From Candidatus Sericytochromatia bacterium (lineage in GTDB: Bacteria; Cyanobacteriota; Sericytochromatia; S15B-MN24; UBA4093), in NCBI GenBank assembly GCA_036676985.1, contig JAKFBU010000064.1, positions 1 to 48,860 of the forward strand: a DNA stretch of 48,860 bases, in the 5' to 3' direction. The notes under the pieces are model-generated. The model did not search any database and was not told where the DNA came from. It was given only the letters and a program-made list of their open reading frames with translations. The position numbers and the translations under genes are program-made. Each line of letters opens with the position of its first letter. Positions within the stretch are counted from its first letter, which is position 1. Shown one piece after another: positions 16,419 to 25,887 of the stretch.

Positions 16419-18302
16419 TTGTCGCATCCCGCCGAGTCGCGCATCGTCCCGATCCTGGATCGGATCTTCGCGGTCCTCACCTGGTTGATCCTGGCCGTCA
16501 CCCCCCTGCTCATCAACGTCTACAACGTCGATGCCTACCGCACGGTTCAGGCGACCTTCGCCTCCATCCTGATCGCGCTCGCCGTCGGCCTGTGGGCCAT
16601 CGCCCGCTCCGTGAGCCGTACCTGGAAGGACGTCGGCCGGGTCCCGATGCTGTGGCTCTTGGGCGCCTTTCTGGTGTGGACGATCCTCACCGTGCCGCGT
16701 TCGCCCTCGCCCTACCTGGCGCTCGCGAGCTGGTGGAACCTCGTCATCTACTGCGGCTTCTTCGTGGCGCTGGCGGACACCACGGCCCGCGCGCCCAAGC
16801 AGCGCTGGCAGCTCCTGATCCCCATCCTGGTGGGCTTCGTCGCCAACTCGGTCATCGGGATCATGCAGTTCCAGCGCGTCTCCTTCATGGAGATCGCCAA
16901 GTTCCTCCCGCAGGCCCCCGGCCTCCTCAACTACTTCGCGGGCCTGGACGCCCCCGCCAAGCTGGGCTCGGCGGCGGGCATGCTGGGCAACCAGAACGTC
17001 CTCGGCAACTACCTGATCGGCGCCATCCCCGTGTGCTTCCTGGTCGGCGCGGCCATGCTGGCCGGTCGCCAGCGGTGGCGCATGGGCGCAGTGCTCGTGG
17101 CCTCGGGCGTGATCGGCAGCGCCAGCCTGCTTGCGACCCAGACGCGCGGCGCCTGGGTGGGCCTCGCGCTCGGCCTGGTCGTGGCCTTCGGCGTGGCGGT
17201 GGCCTACTACGGCCCCACCCTGCTCAAGATGGGCCCCAAGGCCTGGGCGGGCATCGCCCTCGGCGTGGCGCTGCTCGGCGGCGGGCTAGCCTGGCAGGGC
17301 GACGAGATCGGCCTGAACCGGGCGATCGCGAAGCTGCAGGGCGCCGGCACCGACAACACCAGCCAGCAGCGCATCAACGCGTGGCACGTGGCCAAGACCA
17401 TGGCCGACGATCAGGTGGTGATGGGCCAGGGCCTCGCCACCTACAAGATCCTCTACTTCAAGTACCTGGTGAAGACGTTCAACGGCGCTCCGATCCCCGA
17501 CTCGATGCACCACCGCTACGTGCAGGCCCACAACGACTTCATCCAGCTCGCGGGCGAGACGGGCTACGTGGGCTTCGGCCTGGGCCTGGCGGTCCTCTTC
17601 GGGTTCGCCGGCGGCATGATCCGCTGGATCTTCCGGCAGCGCGCGCTGCCCGCCGCCGATCGCATGCTCGTCCTGGGCGGCGTCTCGGGGCTGCTCGCCA
17701 TCTCGGGCAGCGCCATCTTCGGCTTCCCGTTCCACATCGCCTCCTCGTCGGTGCTGGCCACGGCCGTGGCGGGCCTCGCGGGCGGACTGTGGACCCAGTC
17801 GCGCCGGGCGGCCGCGGGCTCTGAGGCCGCACCGGCCCCCTACTCGGAGGCGCAGGTCGCCATCTACACCTACGCCATGCCCACGGCGATCGCCCTGGTC
17901 AGCTTCGCGGTCATGTGGAGCGTCTGGAGCCCCTACCAGGCCGACAAGCTCACCAAGCAGGGCCAGGAGCTCTACAAGCTCGGCCGCATCCCGGAAGCAC
18001 AGGTCGCCCTGGAGCGGGCCATCCAGCTCGACCCCGAGCGCGGCGAGGCGCGCCTGATGATGGGCCTCATCTACGCCGTGTTCAACCGCTTCCCCGATGC
18101 GGAAAAGGAGCTCCGCGAGGCCGAGCGCAGCTACGACGACGTGACGCTGCACTACTACCTGGGGCGCGTCTACGAGAGCATGAACCAGCCGGACAAGGCG
18201 CGGACCGAGTACGATCAGGCCCTGCACTACTTCCCGGCGGGCCTCGAGATCACCAAGGCCGTCAGCGAGCGGTTGAAGGTGCTCGACGCCGCCACCAAGT
18301 AG
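16419..18302 (+). CDS. O-antigen ligase/O-oligosaccharyltransferase-like membrane protein with C-terminal TPRs
   Basis: Multi-TM; GNQN, TQTRGAW, R...W, GQG, QAHNDFIQLAGETG; TPR-like helices; upstream CTGACA-N16-TATAAT. Confidence 0.82.
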   Translation: MSHPAESRIVPILDRIFAVLTWLILAVTPLLINVYNVDAYRTVQATFASILIALAVGLWAIARSVSRTWKDVGRVPMLWLLGAFLVWTILTVPRSPSPYLALASWWNLVIYCGFFVALADTTARAPKQRWQLLIPILVGFVANSVIGIMQFQRVSFMEIAKFLPQAPGLLNYFAGLDAPAKLGSAAGMLGNQNVLGNYLIGAIPVCFLVGAAMLAGRQRWRMGAVLVASGVIGSASLLATQTRGAWVGLALGLVVAFGVAVAYYGPTLLKMGPKAWAGIALGVALLGGGLAWQGDEIGLNRAIAKLQGAGTDNTSQQRINAWHVAKTMADDQVVMGQGLATYKILYFKYLVKTFNGAPIPDSMHHRYVQAHNDFIQLAGETGYVGFGLGLAVLFGFAGGMIRWIFRQRALPAADRMLVLGGVSGLLAISGSAIFGFPFHIASSSVLATAVAGLAGGLWTQSRRAAAGSEAAPAPYSEAQVAIYTYAMPTAIALVSFAVMWSVWSPYQADKLTKQGQELYKLGRIPEAQVALERAIQLDPERGEARLMMGLIYAVFNRFPDAEKELREAERSYDDVTLHYYLGRVYESMNQPDKARTEYDQALHYFPAGLEITKAVSERLKVLDAATK

Positions 18303-18316
18303 GTTGACGGCTAAGG

Positions 18317-18462
18317 AGCCCCCCCTCCCCCCCTCTAAGAGGGGGGGATTTTTCGCTTCGGGGAAGCTTCTCGCTGGAGCATCGCGTCCCTGATCCGTCG
18401 GAGTAAGCATGCTTTCCCCCACCCATGATCCCTCCCCCCTCTAGAGGCGGGGCTGGGGGGGT
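18317..18462. repeat. REPIN/MITE-like paired palindrome element
   Basis: Two inverted units CCCCCCTCTAAGAGGGGGG and CCCCCCTCTAGAGGCGGGG with G/C-run outer arms, between convergent genes. Confidence 0.6.
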
Positions 18463-18470
18463 TCTCCTTA

Positions 18471-18962
18471 TTAATCCCCGCCCCCCGAGTACGTCGGCTG
18501 CGGCAGCAAATACGAGTCCTCGCTCCCCCCGAAGTACGCGAAGCTGAGCCGCCCCTGTCCATGGGGGGCGAGCGTGATGCTGCGGGTCCTCGCCTGCATG
18601 CCGAACCGGTTGGCCGTCACCTCCAGCTTCACGCCGAGGGGGAGGCCCGAGACGCGGTAGGAGCCACTGGCGATGGTGCCCTGCCACGCGTTGCGGGTCC
18701 CCGGCTGGCGGATCGTGACCTGGGCGTCGTTGTCCGCCAGCGAGGCGTAGCCGAAGGGCAGCCCCGTATGCGGGTCGATTGAGGCGTTGTTGGCCTGGTA
18801 GACCTCGCCCGAGAGGACGCCTACGCTCGCCGTGGCCTTACCGCTGACGCCCGGCTCCCAAAAGGGCGGGCCCGCGCGGAAGGACGGGGTCGGCGCCGCG
18901 CCGGCACAGGCCCCGAGGCAGGGCATGAGGGCCAGCACCGTCAACAGCAGCCAGCGAGTCAT
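18471..18962 (-). CDS. lipoprotein with carboxypeptidase-regulatory-like beta domain
   Basis: GGAGG RBS; lipobox LGAC; G.Y.VSGLP.G..LEVTA...G pattern. Confidence 0.7.
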   Translation of the reverse strand: MTRWLLLTVLALMPCLGACAGAAPTPSFRAGPPFWEPGVSGKATASVGVLSGEVYQANNASIDPHTGLPFGYASLADNDAQVTIRQPGTRNAWQGTIASGSYRVSGLPLGVKLEVTANRFGMQARTRSITLAPHGQGRLSFAYFGGSEDSYLLPQPTYSGGGD

Positions 18963-19048
18963 AGAGCAACCTCCCCACGCCATCCTAAGGGGGCATGGGG
19001 AGGTTGCGGGAGGCCAAAGCCTCCAACGATCTTGGTCCCGGAAGGGAC

Positions 19049-20188
19049 CTACACGCGGCGCTTGGTGTCGAAGGCGTCGCGCAAGCCGTCACCCAGGAAG
19101 TTGAAGGCCATGATGGCGATGATGATGAAGAAGCCCGGCACCAGGAGCCACGGATACAGCGTCAGGCTCGGGATGTCCAGCGCCTGCTTGAGCATGTTGC
19201 CCCAGCTGGCCGCGGGCTCCTGCACGCCGACGCCCAGGGCCGAGAGGGCCGACTCGCTCAGGATGAACACCGGCACCGCCAAGGAGGCGCTGATGATGAC
19301 CCAGGTCGAGGTCTGCGGCAGGACGTGCTTGGTGATGATGTACCACGAGCCAGCCCCCGCGGCCCGGGCCGCCTCCACGTACTCGTTCGCCTTGATGGAG
19401 AGGACCATGCCGCGGATGACGCGCGCCAACGACGTCCAGCCGAGCAGGCTCAGGATGAGCGTGATGACCAGGTAGCGCTGGAAGCTCGTGATCTCCCAGT
19501 TCTGCGTGGCCGCGAACAGGGCCAGGAGCAGGTAGAAGCTGGGGAACGCCATCAGGGCCTCGACGATGCGCATGAGCACGTTCTCGATCCAGCCGCCGAA
19601 GTAGCCGGCCACACCGCCCACGGCGAGCCCGATGGGGATGTAGACGAGCATGGCCATGATGCCGACCGTGAGGCTCACCCGCGAGCCGTACAGGATGCGG
19701 CTGAACATGTCCCGGCCCAGCTGGTCGCTGCCCAAGAGGAAGATGTGGCCGCCATTGGCCGCCCCGAACAGGTGCAGCTTGGTGGGGATGAGCCACAGGA
19801 GCTTGTGCTCGTCACCCTCGGTGAAGAGGCGGATGGGGTAAGGCTTCGTGCGATCCTCGACGTAGCTCATGAGCTTGGTCTCGGGGTCGAAGTGGCGATC
19901 GGCGTTGTACACGAAGGGCCCGATGAACTTGCCCTCGTGCATGACGTGGACGGGCGTGGGGGGCGCCAGGGAGAGCGTCCGCATCTCGTGGGCGTCCGTG
20001 TAGGGCGCGATGAAGCTCGCCAGGAACATGGCGAGGTACATGACGATGAGGACCACGCCCGCGCCCATGGCGAGCTTGTGCTTGCGGAAGCGCCGCCAGA
20101 TGCGGGTCCGCGACGAGACCATCACCGCATCGAGGCCGTCGTCGGACGGGCGCGCGGCACCCGAAGGGGCTTGCGTTGCAGTCGACAT
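19049..20188 (-). CDS. oppC: peptide/nickel ABC permease (OppC/DppC)
   Basis: WRRFRKHKLA, LGSDQLGRD, GSRVSL, YVEAARAAGA, HVLP, FNFLGDGLRDAFD. Confidence 0.9.
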   Translation of the reverse strand: MSTATQAPSGAARPSDDGLDAVMVSSRTRIWRRFRKHKLAMGAGVVLIVMYLAMFLASFIAPYTDAHEMRTLSLAPPTPVHVMHEGKFIGPFVYNADRHFDPETKLMSYVEDRTKPYPIRLFTEGDEHKLLWLIPTKLHLFGAANGGHIFLLGSDQLGRDMFSRILYGSRVSLTVGIMAMLVYIPIGLAVGGVAGYFGGWIENVLMRIVEALMAFPSFYLLLALFAATQNWEITSFQRYLVITLILSLLGWTSLARVIRGMVLSIKANEYVEAARAAGAGSWYIITKHVLPQTSTWVIISASLAVPVFILSESALSALGVGVQEPAASWGNMLKQALDIPSLTLYPWLLVPGFFIIIAIMAFNFLGDGLRDAFDTKRRV

Positions 20189-20191
20189 GCG

Positions 20192-21160
20192 TTAGGCCTC
20201 CAACTTGATGCGGGGATCGACGGCCGCCAGCAGCAGGTCCGCCACCAGGTTGCCCACGAGCAGCATGGCCGCACCGATCATCAGGCCGGCCATGGTGAGG
20301 GTCATGTCCAGGCTGATCATGGCCTGCAGCATCAGCTGACCGAGGCCGGGCCAGCCGACCACGTTCTCGACGAGCGCGAAGCCGCTCAAGAGGGCCGCGA
20401 GGTCGTACCCCAGCAGGGTGACCATCGGGTTGATGGCGTTGCGGACCGCGTGCTTGTAGATGACCTTGTTCTCGGGCAGACCCTTGGCGCGGGCGGTGCG
20501 GATGTACTCCTCGCCGAGCACGTCCAGCATGTTGCCGCGCATGCGGCGCTGGAGGATCGCGATGGAGCCGATGCCCACGGCGATGGTCGGGATGACCAGG
20601 TGCCACAGGAGGTCCGCCACCTGGCCGTACCAGGGGTACGTGAAGGCCTGCGGGCTCATCATGCCGCCGATGGGCAGGATGCCCGTCTTGGACGCGAAGA
20701 ACAGCAGGATCAGGGCGAGGAAGAAGTCCGGGACGCCCAGGCTGACGAAGCTGAAGATGGAGAAGACCTTGTCGCCCAGGGAGTACTGGCGCACGGCCGA
20801 GTAGATGCCCAAGGGGATCGAGATGAGCCACGTGAAGAGCATGGCGGCCAGGCCCAGGACGAGCGTGTTGCCGAGGCGCGTGGCGATCACGTCCTTGACC
20901 GGGGCGTTGTACGTGAAGCTCACGCCCATGTCGCCCTGGGCGAAGTTGCCGGCCCACTTGAGGTACTGGATGTGGATCGGCTTGTCCAGACCGAGGCGCT
21001 CACGCTCCTTCTTGATGGTCTCCTGGCTGATGGCCGGGTTCATGGCCATCTTGGAGAGGAAGTCGCCGGGGGCGAGCTTGGTCACCCCGAAGGAGATCAC
21101 CGAGATGATGATCAGCAGGGGGATCATCTGGAGCAGTCGCTTGATGACGTAACGGAACAC
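20192..21160 (-). CDS. oppB: peptide/nickel ABC permease (OppB/DppB)
   Basis: YVIKRLL, PGD, GLDKP..QY..W, YIRTARAKGL, HAVRNA, DPRI. Confidence 0.92.
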   Translation of the reverse strand: MFRYVIKRLLQMIPLLIIISVISFGVTKLAPGDFLSKMAMNPAISQETIKKERERLGLDKPIHIQYLKWAGNFAQGDMGVSFTYNAPVKDVIATRLGNTLVLGLAAMLFTWLISIPLGIYSAVRQYSLGDKVFSIFSFVSLGVPDFFLALILLFFASKTGILPIGGMMSPQAFTYPWYGQVADLLWHLVIPTIAVGIGSIAILQRRMRGNMLDVLGEEYIRTARAKGLPENKVIYKHAVRNAINPMVTLLGYDLAALLSGFALVENVVGWPGLGQLMLQAMISLDMTLTMAGLMIGAAMLLVGNLVADLLLAAVDPRIKLEA

Positions 21161-21170
21161 TCGGGTCTCC

Positions 21171-23012
21171 TTACTCCATGTACATCTGCCAGAAGTTCAC
21201 GAACGGATGGTACATGAACGTGGCCGTGAGCGCGGTCGGAGCGGCGTTCTTGATGCTCGACCGGTACGTGTAGAAGGACGTGCTGTTGTAGATGTGCAGC
21301 ATCGGCAACTCGGAGGCGACGATCTTCTGCCACTCGGCGAACAGCGCCTTGCGCTTGTTCTCGTCCACCGTGGCGGTCGACTCGTTGAAGATCTGGTCGA
21401 TCCGGTCCTCCCAGGGGTAGTTGGGAGCCATGAAGCTGGACTGGCCGGGGCGGCGCATGTTGAACATGTGCGAGGTCCCGTCGCTCTTCCAGAGGTTGGC
21501 GCCCGTGATGGGCTCGACGCTACCCGTGAAGCCCATGATCAGGGCGTCGTAGTCGAGGCTGGTGCTGCTCTTCTCGACCAGGACGTTGAAGATGGCGGGC
21601 TTCACGTTGAGCGTGACGCCGACCTTCGCCAGGTCCGCCTTGAAGATGTTGCCGAAGGGAATGGAGTTGGGGCTCTCGGTGTAGACCAACAGGTCGAACT
21701 CGACGGGGTTGCCCCACGCGTCGATGCAGCGACCCTGCTTGTCCCAGGTGAAGCCGCCCGCCTTGAGCTCCGCGCGCGCCTTGTCCAGGTCGTAGGAGTA
21801 CTTGGGGACGTCGTCCGAGTAGTACGGGTTGCTCTCCGAGATGGGGCTGAAGGCCGGCTTGGCGAGGCTGAGCGCCAGGTTGGACACGACCGTGTCGCGG
21901 TCGAGCGCGTGGCTGAGCGCCCGGCGGAAGTGGACGTTGGTGAACCAACGCTGCTTCTTGAGCGGGACGTAGTACTCGCCCTTGGGGTTCTTGTCGCGGC
22001 TCAGGTTGAGGCACACGAAGAAGCTGCCGAAGTCGGTGCCGCCGTCGACCACCTTGAAACCGCCGTTCTTCTCGAGCGGCTTGAGGATCTGGTAGTCCTT
22101 GGCCCGGATGCGCTCGAGCATGAAGTCCGCCTCGTGGGCGAGCATCTTGAGCGTCTGGGTGGACATGTCCGGCGTGATGAGCAGGAGCAGCTGGTCGACG
22201 TAGGGCAAGGGGTTGCCCTTGGAGTCGACGCGCAGCGCGTAGTAGGGGTTGCGGTTCAAGAGGATGCGCTGACCGGGCACGTACTCGGCGACGGTGTAGG
22301 CGCCGGAGCCGATGAGCTGGGTCACGTCCGAGCCGACCGTGAAGGCCTGGTAGATCTTGGGGCGGCCGTCGGGCAGGGTGCCTTCGACCAGGGGCTGCCA
22401 CTGGTGCTTGGGCATGATGGCCACGCCGCCCGCGATGGTGCTGATGAAGGGGCCGAAGACGCGCGGCAGGTCGAAGCGGACGGTCCGCTCGTCGATCTTG
22501 ACGGCCTTGGGGAACTTGCCGTCGATCTTGATGGAGTCGACCATCTTGTTGTCGGCGAGCTTGGGGTTGGCGACGATGTCGTTGTAGGTGTAGACGACGT
22601 CATCGGCGGTCAGGGGCTTGCCGTCCGACCACTTGAGGCCCTCGCGGAGCTTGAAGGTGAAGCTCTTGTTGTCGGCAGACGCCGACCAGCTCTCTGCGAG
22701 GCCGGGCTCGGGGGCCGCGGTCTTGGGGTTGGCGTCGACGAGGTACTCGTACATGAACATCAGCGCGTAGCGCGAGTTGACGCCGTCGCTGAAGAAGTAG
22801 TTGAAGCCCGCGGGCTCCGAGGCGAAGACGCCCGTCATGATGCGCTGGGGGGTGCCGATCGCGCCTTCTTGGACCTTCGGATTGGGGATCCGGTAGGTGA
22901 CCTGGCTATAGGGGATGGGCTCCAGCTTGGCGGACTTGGTGAAACATCCGGTCAGGGCCAGTGCAGCGGCCACGCAGGCCGACAGGGCCAGGCGGCTGAG
23001 GGGATGCGCCAT
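21171..23012 (-). CDS. oppA: peptide ABC substrate-binding lipoprotein (family 5)
   Basis: Lipobox LTGC; PGLAESW, FKLREGLKWSDG.P.TADDV, FRRALSHALDR. Confidence 0.9.
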   Translation of the reverse strand: MAHPLSRLALSACVAAALALTGCFTKSAKLEPIPYSQVTYRIPNPKVQEGAIGTPQRIMTGVFASEPAGFNYFFSDGVNSRYALMFMYEYLVDANPKTAAPEPGLAESWSASADNKSFTFKLREGLKWSDGKPLTADDVVYTYNDIVANPKLADNKMVDSIKIDGKFPKAVKIDERTVRFDLPRVFGPFISTIAGGVAIMPKHQWQPLVEGTLPDGRPKIYQAFTVGSDVTQLIGSGAYTVAEYVPGQRILLNRNPYYALRVDSKGNPLPYVDQLLLLITPDMSTQTLKMLAHEADFMLERIRAKDYQILKPLEKNGGFKVVDGGTDFGSFFVCLNLSRDKNPKGEYYVPLKKQRWFTNVHFRRALSHALDRDTVVSNLALSLAKPAFSPISESNPYYSDDVPKYSYDLDKARAELKAGGFTWDKQGRCIDAWGNPVEFDLLVYTESPNSIPFGNIFKADLAKVGVTLNVKPAIFNVLVEKSSTSLDYDALIMGFTGSVEPITGANLWKSDGTSHMFNMRRPGQSSFMAPNYPWEDRIDQIFNESTATVDENKRKALFAEWQKIVASELPMLHIYNSTSFYTYRSSIKNAAPTALTATFMYHPFVNFWQMYME

Positions 23013-23022
23013 TCTTTTCTCC

Positions 23023-23268
23023 CTAAACGCCCGCGCCGGTGCGGGTCAAGACTGCGAGGACGAGCGCGACCAGGATCCAGCCCGCCGCGATGATCGTGGT
23101 GATCTTGTTGAGGCCGGCCTCCACGCCCTTCTGGCTGCCGAACATGTGGGCCTGTCCGCCGATGCCGGCGAGGCCCTCGCCCTTGGCCGAGTGCAAGAGG
23201 ACCGCGGCGATGAGGGCGATCGACAGGAAGACCTGGGTGATCGTCAGGAAGACTTGGATGAAGGCCAT
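23023..23268 (-). CDS. secG: preprotein translocase subunit SecG
   Basis: 81 aa, two TMs, VLLHSAKGEGLAGIGG..F...GVE..LNKIT. Confidence 0.9.
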   Translation of the reverse strand: MAFIQVFLTITQVFLSIALIAAVLLHSAKGEGLAGIGGQAHMFGSQKGVEAGLNKITTIIAAGWILVALVLAVLTRTGAGV

Positions 23269-23336
23269 GGAGGTTCCTCTACGACAGCGGCCGGCATACG
23301 CCGGCCGTAAGACACCAAAACGGACACGCAAACTCT

Positions 23337-23365
23337 TGTATAACACGCCAGCTAAGGCGCGTCAA
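23337..23365 (-). promoter_or_regulatory. sigma70 promoter of secG-opp
   Basis: TTGACG-N17-TATACA with TG extension. Confidence 0.65.
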
Positions 23366-23387
23366 ATCAGGGCCCGGGGCGATTCGA

Positions 23388-23414
23388 GGCCGATCCCGAC
23401 AGCCGGGATCGGCC
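23388..23414. terminator. hairpin after the small lipoprotein gene
   Basis: GGCCGATCCCG-N5-CGGGATCGGCC. Confidence 0.55.
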
Positions 23415-23421
23415 GCCTAGA

Positions 23422-23586
23422 TTACCCGATCGTTCCGCCGAGGCCGGTATCCGGCTTGGGCGTCGGCGACTTCTTGGTCACCGGGGTGGTGGCGCCGCCA
23501 ATGTCCTCCTCGGCGGGACAACCCGTCATGGCGATGGGGATCATCAAGAGCGACGCGATCAAAAAGAGCTTACCAATGCGATTCAT
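23422..23586 (-). CDS. 54 aa lipoprotein
   Basis: AAGGAGG RBS; MNRIGK n-region, hydrophobic core, lipobox MTGC; only the tail of a longer spurious ORF in the track. Confidence 0.75.
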   Translation of the reverse strand: MNRIGKLFLIASLLMIPIAMTGCPAEEDIGGATTPVTKKSPTPKPDTGLGGTIG

Positions 23587-23647
23587 GCCGTCCTCCTTCT
23601 TGCTGTCCTTATTCCCCAAACCGGGCAACCTACACGTCCGGACGCGC

Positions 23648-23671
23648 AAAAGGCCGCCCTTTCGGGCGGCC
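23648..23671 (-). terminator. intrinsic terminator after accA
   Basis: GGCCGCCC-GAAA-GGGCGGCC-TTTT. Confidence 0.85.
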
Positions 23672-23699
23672 CATTGGATAGACTGGAGCCCCTCAACCA

Positions 23700-23737
23700 A
23701 ACCGTTCGTCTTGAGCCAGGTCGAAAGGCGAACGGTT
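23700..23737. repeat. REP-like palindrome
   Basis: AACCGTTCGTCTTGAGCCAGGTCGAAAGGCGAACGGTT; resembles CCGTTCG..TGAGC..GTCGAA..CGAACGG repeats. Confidence 0.5.
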
Positions 23738-23765
23738 CCGCTAAGAAACAGGCCGTCCGGCGGCT

Positions 23766-24746
23766 TTAGAACACCTCGGTGAACTGCCCCATCTTCCGGT
23801 ACTTGGCGTACCGATCCTCGACCAGCTGGTAGGCCGGCACCCGCACGAGGTCGTGCAGGTGGTCCGAGACGGCCGCGGCCAGGTTCTTGGCGCTCAGGAC
23901 CGGATCCTTGTGGCAGCCGCCGACCGGCTCCTCGATGATCCCGTCGATGACGCCCAGCTCCAAGAGGTCGTCGGAGGTGAGCTTGAGGATCTCCGCGGCC
24001 CGCGGGGCCATGGAGGCGTCCTTCCAGAGGATCGCCGCGCAGCCCTCGGGCGAGATGACGCCGTAGTAGGCATGCCGGAACATGAGGACGCGATCGCCCA
24101 TGCCGATGCCGATGGCGCCGCCCGAGCTGCCCTCGCCGATGACCACCGAGACGATGGGCACCTCGAGGCCCGCCATCTGCGTGAGGCTCTCGGCGATCGC
24201 GATCGCCTGCCCCCGCTCCTCGGCGGCGATGCCGGGGTAGGCGCCCTGGGTGTCGATGAGCGTCACGATCGGCATGCCGAACTTGGCGGCGTGCCGCATG
24301 AGGCGCTGGGCCTTGCGGTAGCCCTCGGGATGGGCCATGCCGAAGTTGCGGAGGATGTTGTCCTTGGTGTCGCGGCCCTTCTGGTGGCCGATGAACATGA
24401 CGGTCTGGCCCTCGAAGCGGCCGACGCCGCCGACGATGGCGCGATCGTCGTAGCCCATGCGATCGCCGTGCAACTCGATGAACTCCTCGGAGATGGCCTG
24501 GATGTAGTCGAGCGAGGTCGGCCGCGCCGGGTGGCGGGCGATCGCGATCCGCTGGCTGGGCGTGAGGCTCTCGTAGATGGCGCGCCGGATGTTGTGGGCG
24601 CGCTCCTCGAGCCGGGCGACCTCCTCGGAGAGGTCCACGCCGCCCGCCTCGGCCAGCTGCCGGAATTCGGCGATCTTCTCCTCGAGCTCGAGGATGGGCA
24701 GCTCGAACTCGAGCGGCGGCGCCTTGCGCTTCTTGGTCTGGAGCAT
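23766..24746 (-). CDS. accA: acetyl-CoA carboxylase carboxyltransferase alpha
   Basis: LEFE.PI, ARHP.RP, ELHGDR, NFGM..PEGYRKA, AEERGQ, ISPEGCAAILWKD. Confidence 0.97.
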   Translation of the reverse strand: MLQTKKRKAPPLEFELPILELEEKIAEFRQLAEAGGVDLSEEVARLEERAHNIRRAIYESLTPSQRIAIARHPARPTSLDYIQAISEEFIELHGDRMGYDDRAIVGGVGRFEGQTVMFIGHQKGRDTKDNILRNFGMAHPEGYRKAQRLMRHAAKFGMPIVTLIDTQGAYPGIAAEERGQAIAIAESLTQMAGLEVPIVSVVIGEGSSGGAIGIGMGDRVLMFRHAYYGVISPEGCAAILWKDASMAPRAAEILKLTSDDLLELGVIDGIIEEPVGGCHKDPVLSAKNLAAAVSDHLHDLVRVPAYQLVEDRYAKYRKMGQFTEVF

Positions 24747-24755
24747 GGGTTCCCC

Positions 24756-25643
24756 TTACTGGACGCGGACCGGATCGACCTTGCGAACCGTGTGCATGGA
24801 GATGAGCTGGCCGAGGGTGTCCCGCAGGCGCGGGCGCGGCACGATCTGGTCGATCTGGCCGTGCTTGAACACCCACTCGGCGGTCTGGAAGTCAGCGGGC
24901 GCCTTCTGGCGGATGGTCGCCTCGATGACGCGCCGCCCCGCGAAGCCGATGATGGCGCCGGGCTCGGCGATGATGATGTCCGCCTGGTTGGCGAAGCTGG
25001 CGCTGACGCCGCCCGTGGTGGGGTTCGACAGGACGCTGATGTAGAGCAGGCCTTCCTTGGCGAACTTCGCCAGGGCCGCCGAGGTCTTGGCCATCTGCAT
25101 CAGGGAGAGGGTCCCCTCCTGCATGCGGGCGCCGCCGGAGGCGCAGACCACCACCAGGGGCAGCCGCTGCTCCATGCTGCCCTCGATGGCGCGGGTCAGC
25201 TTCTCGCCCATGACCGATCCCATGGATCCGCCCATGAAGGCGAAGTCCATGGCCGCGACCGTGACGCCGTGCCCGTGGATGGTGCCCTGACCCGTGATGA
25301 CGCTGTCCCCGTCCCCGGCCTTGGCGCGGCTCTCGATCAGGCGCTGGGCGTAGGGCTTGCTGTCGACGAAGCCGAGCGGATCGACCGAGCGCAGCTCCGT
25401 GTGGGTCTCGCGGAACGAGCCCGGATCCAGCAGCTGGGCGATGCGATCGCGGCCGCCGAGGCGAAAGTGGAACCCGCACTTGGGGCAGACGTTGAGGTTG
25501 GCGAAGAGCTCCTTGGTGAAGAGGGGCTCGGTACAGCTATCGCACTTGGTCCAGAGGCCGTCCGCCACCTCGCGCTTCTCGCGCTCGGTGTCGACGAGTT
25601 GGCCCTTCTGACGCGCGGCGAACCAGTCACGTAACGTTGTCAT
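24756..25643 (-). CDS. accD: acetyl-CoA carboxylase carboxyltransferase beta
   Basis: GLWTKC..C/CPKC zinc finger, FMGGSMG, SGGARMQEG, PTTGGV, GFAGRRVIE. Confidence 0.97.
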   Translation of the reverse strand: MTTLRDWFAARQKGQLVDTEREKREVADGLWTKCDSCTEPLFTKELFANLNVCPKCGFHFRLGGRDRIAQLLDPGSFRETHTELRSVDPLGFVDSKPYAQRLIESRAKAGDGDSVITGQGTIHGHGVTVAAMDFAFMGGSMGSVMGEKLTRAIEGSMEQRLPLVVVCASGGARMQEGTLSLMQMAKTSAALAKFAKEGLLYISVLSNPTTGGVSASFANQADIIIAEPGAIIGFAGRRVIEATIRQKAPADFQTAEWVFKHGQIDQIVPRPRLRDTLGQLISMHTVRKVDPVRVQ

Positions 25644-25718
25644 TTACTCTCCTTGCAGGCGTCGCGGGCCCCCGGCGGAAATCCAGGCCCGGAGCTGACG
25701 TCGCGACGCGAACGCTAC

Positions 25719-25747
25719 ATTATACGTGCCGCCGGAAGCCTTGTAAA
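25719..25747 (-). promoter_or_regulatory. sigma70 promoter of accDA
   Basis: TTTACA-N17-TATAAT. Confidence 0.7.
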
Positions 25748-25843
25748 ACCTGGAAAGATGCCGTCAAGACGCCCTTGCGAGGCGGGAACCGGGGCAGCGG
25801 GCGGGCGATCCGACCCCTGACCTTAAACCTCTTTGGGTGAAAT

Positions 25844-25887
25844 TTTTACGTCGCCTTTACCGATTGGACCGCCCCGGGAGGCGATAG
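25844..25887 (+). promoter_or_regulatory. shared CTTTACCGA motif with downstream GGCGATAG
   Basis: TTTAC-N6-TTTACCGA then N20-ATAG upstream of the amidase gene. Confidence 0.6.

Noticed and set aside
23700-23737. SRP RNA (CAGGTC.GAAGG-like)
   Set aside because: Lacks the GGAAGCAGC domain IV continuation and the long stem
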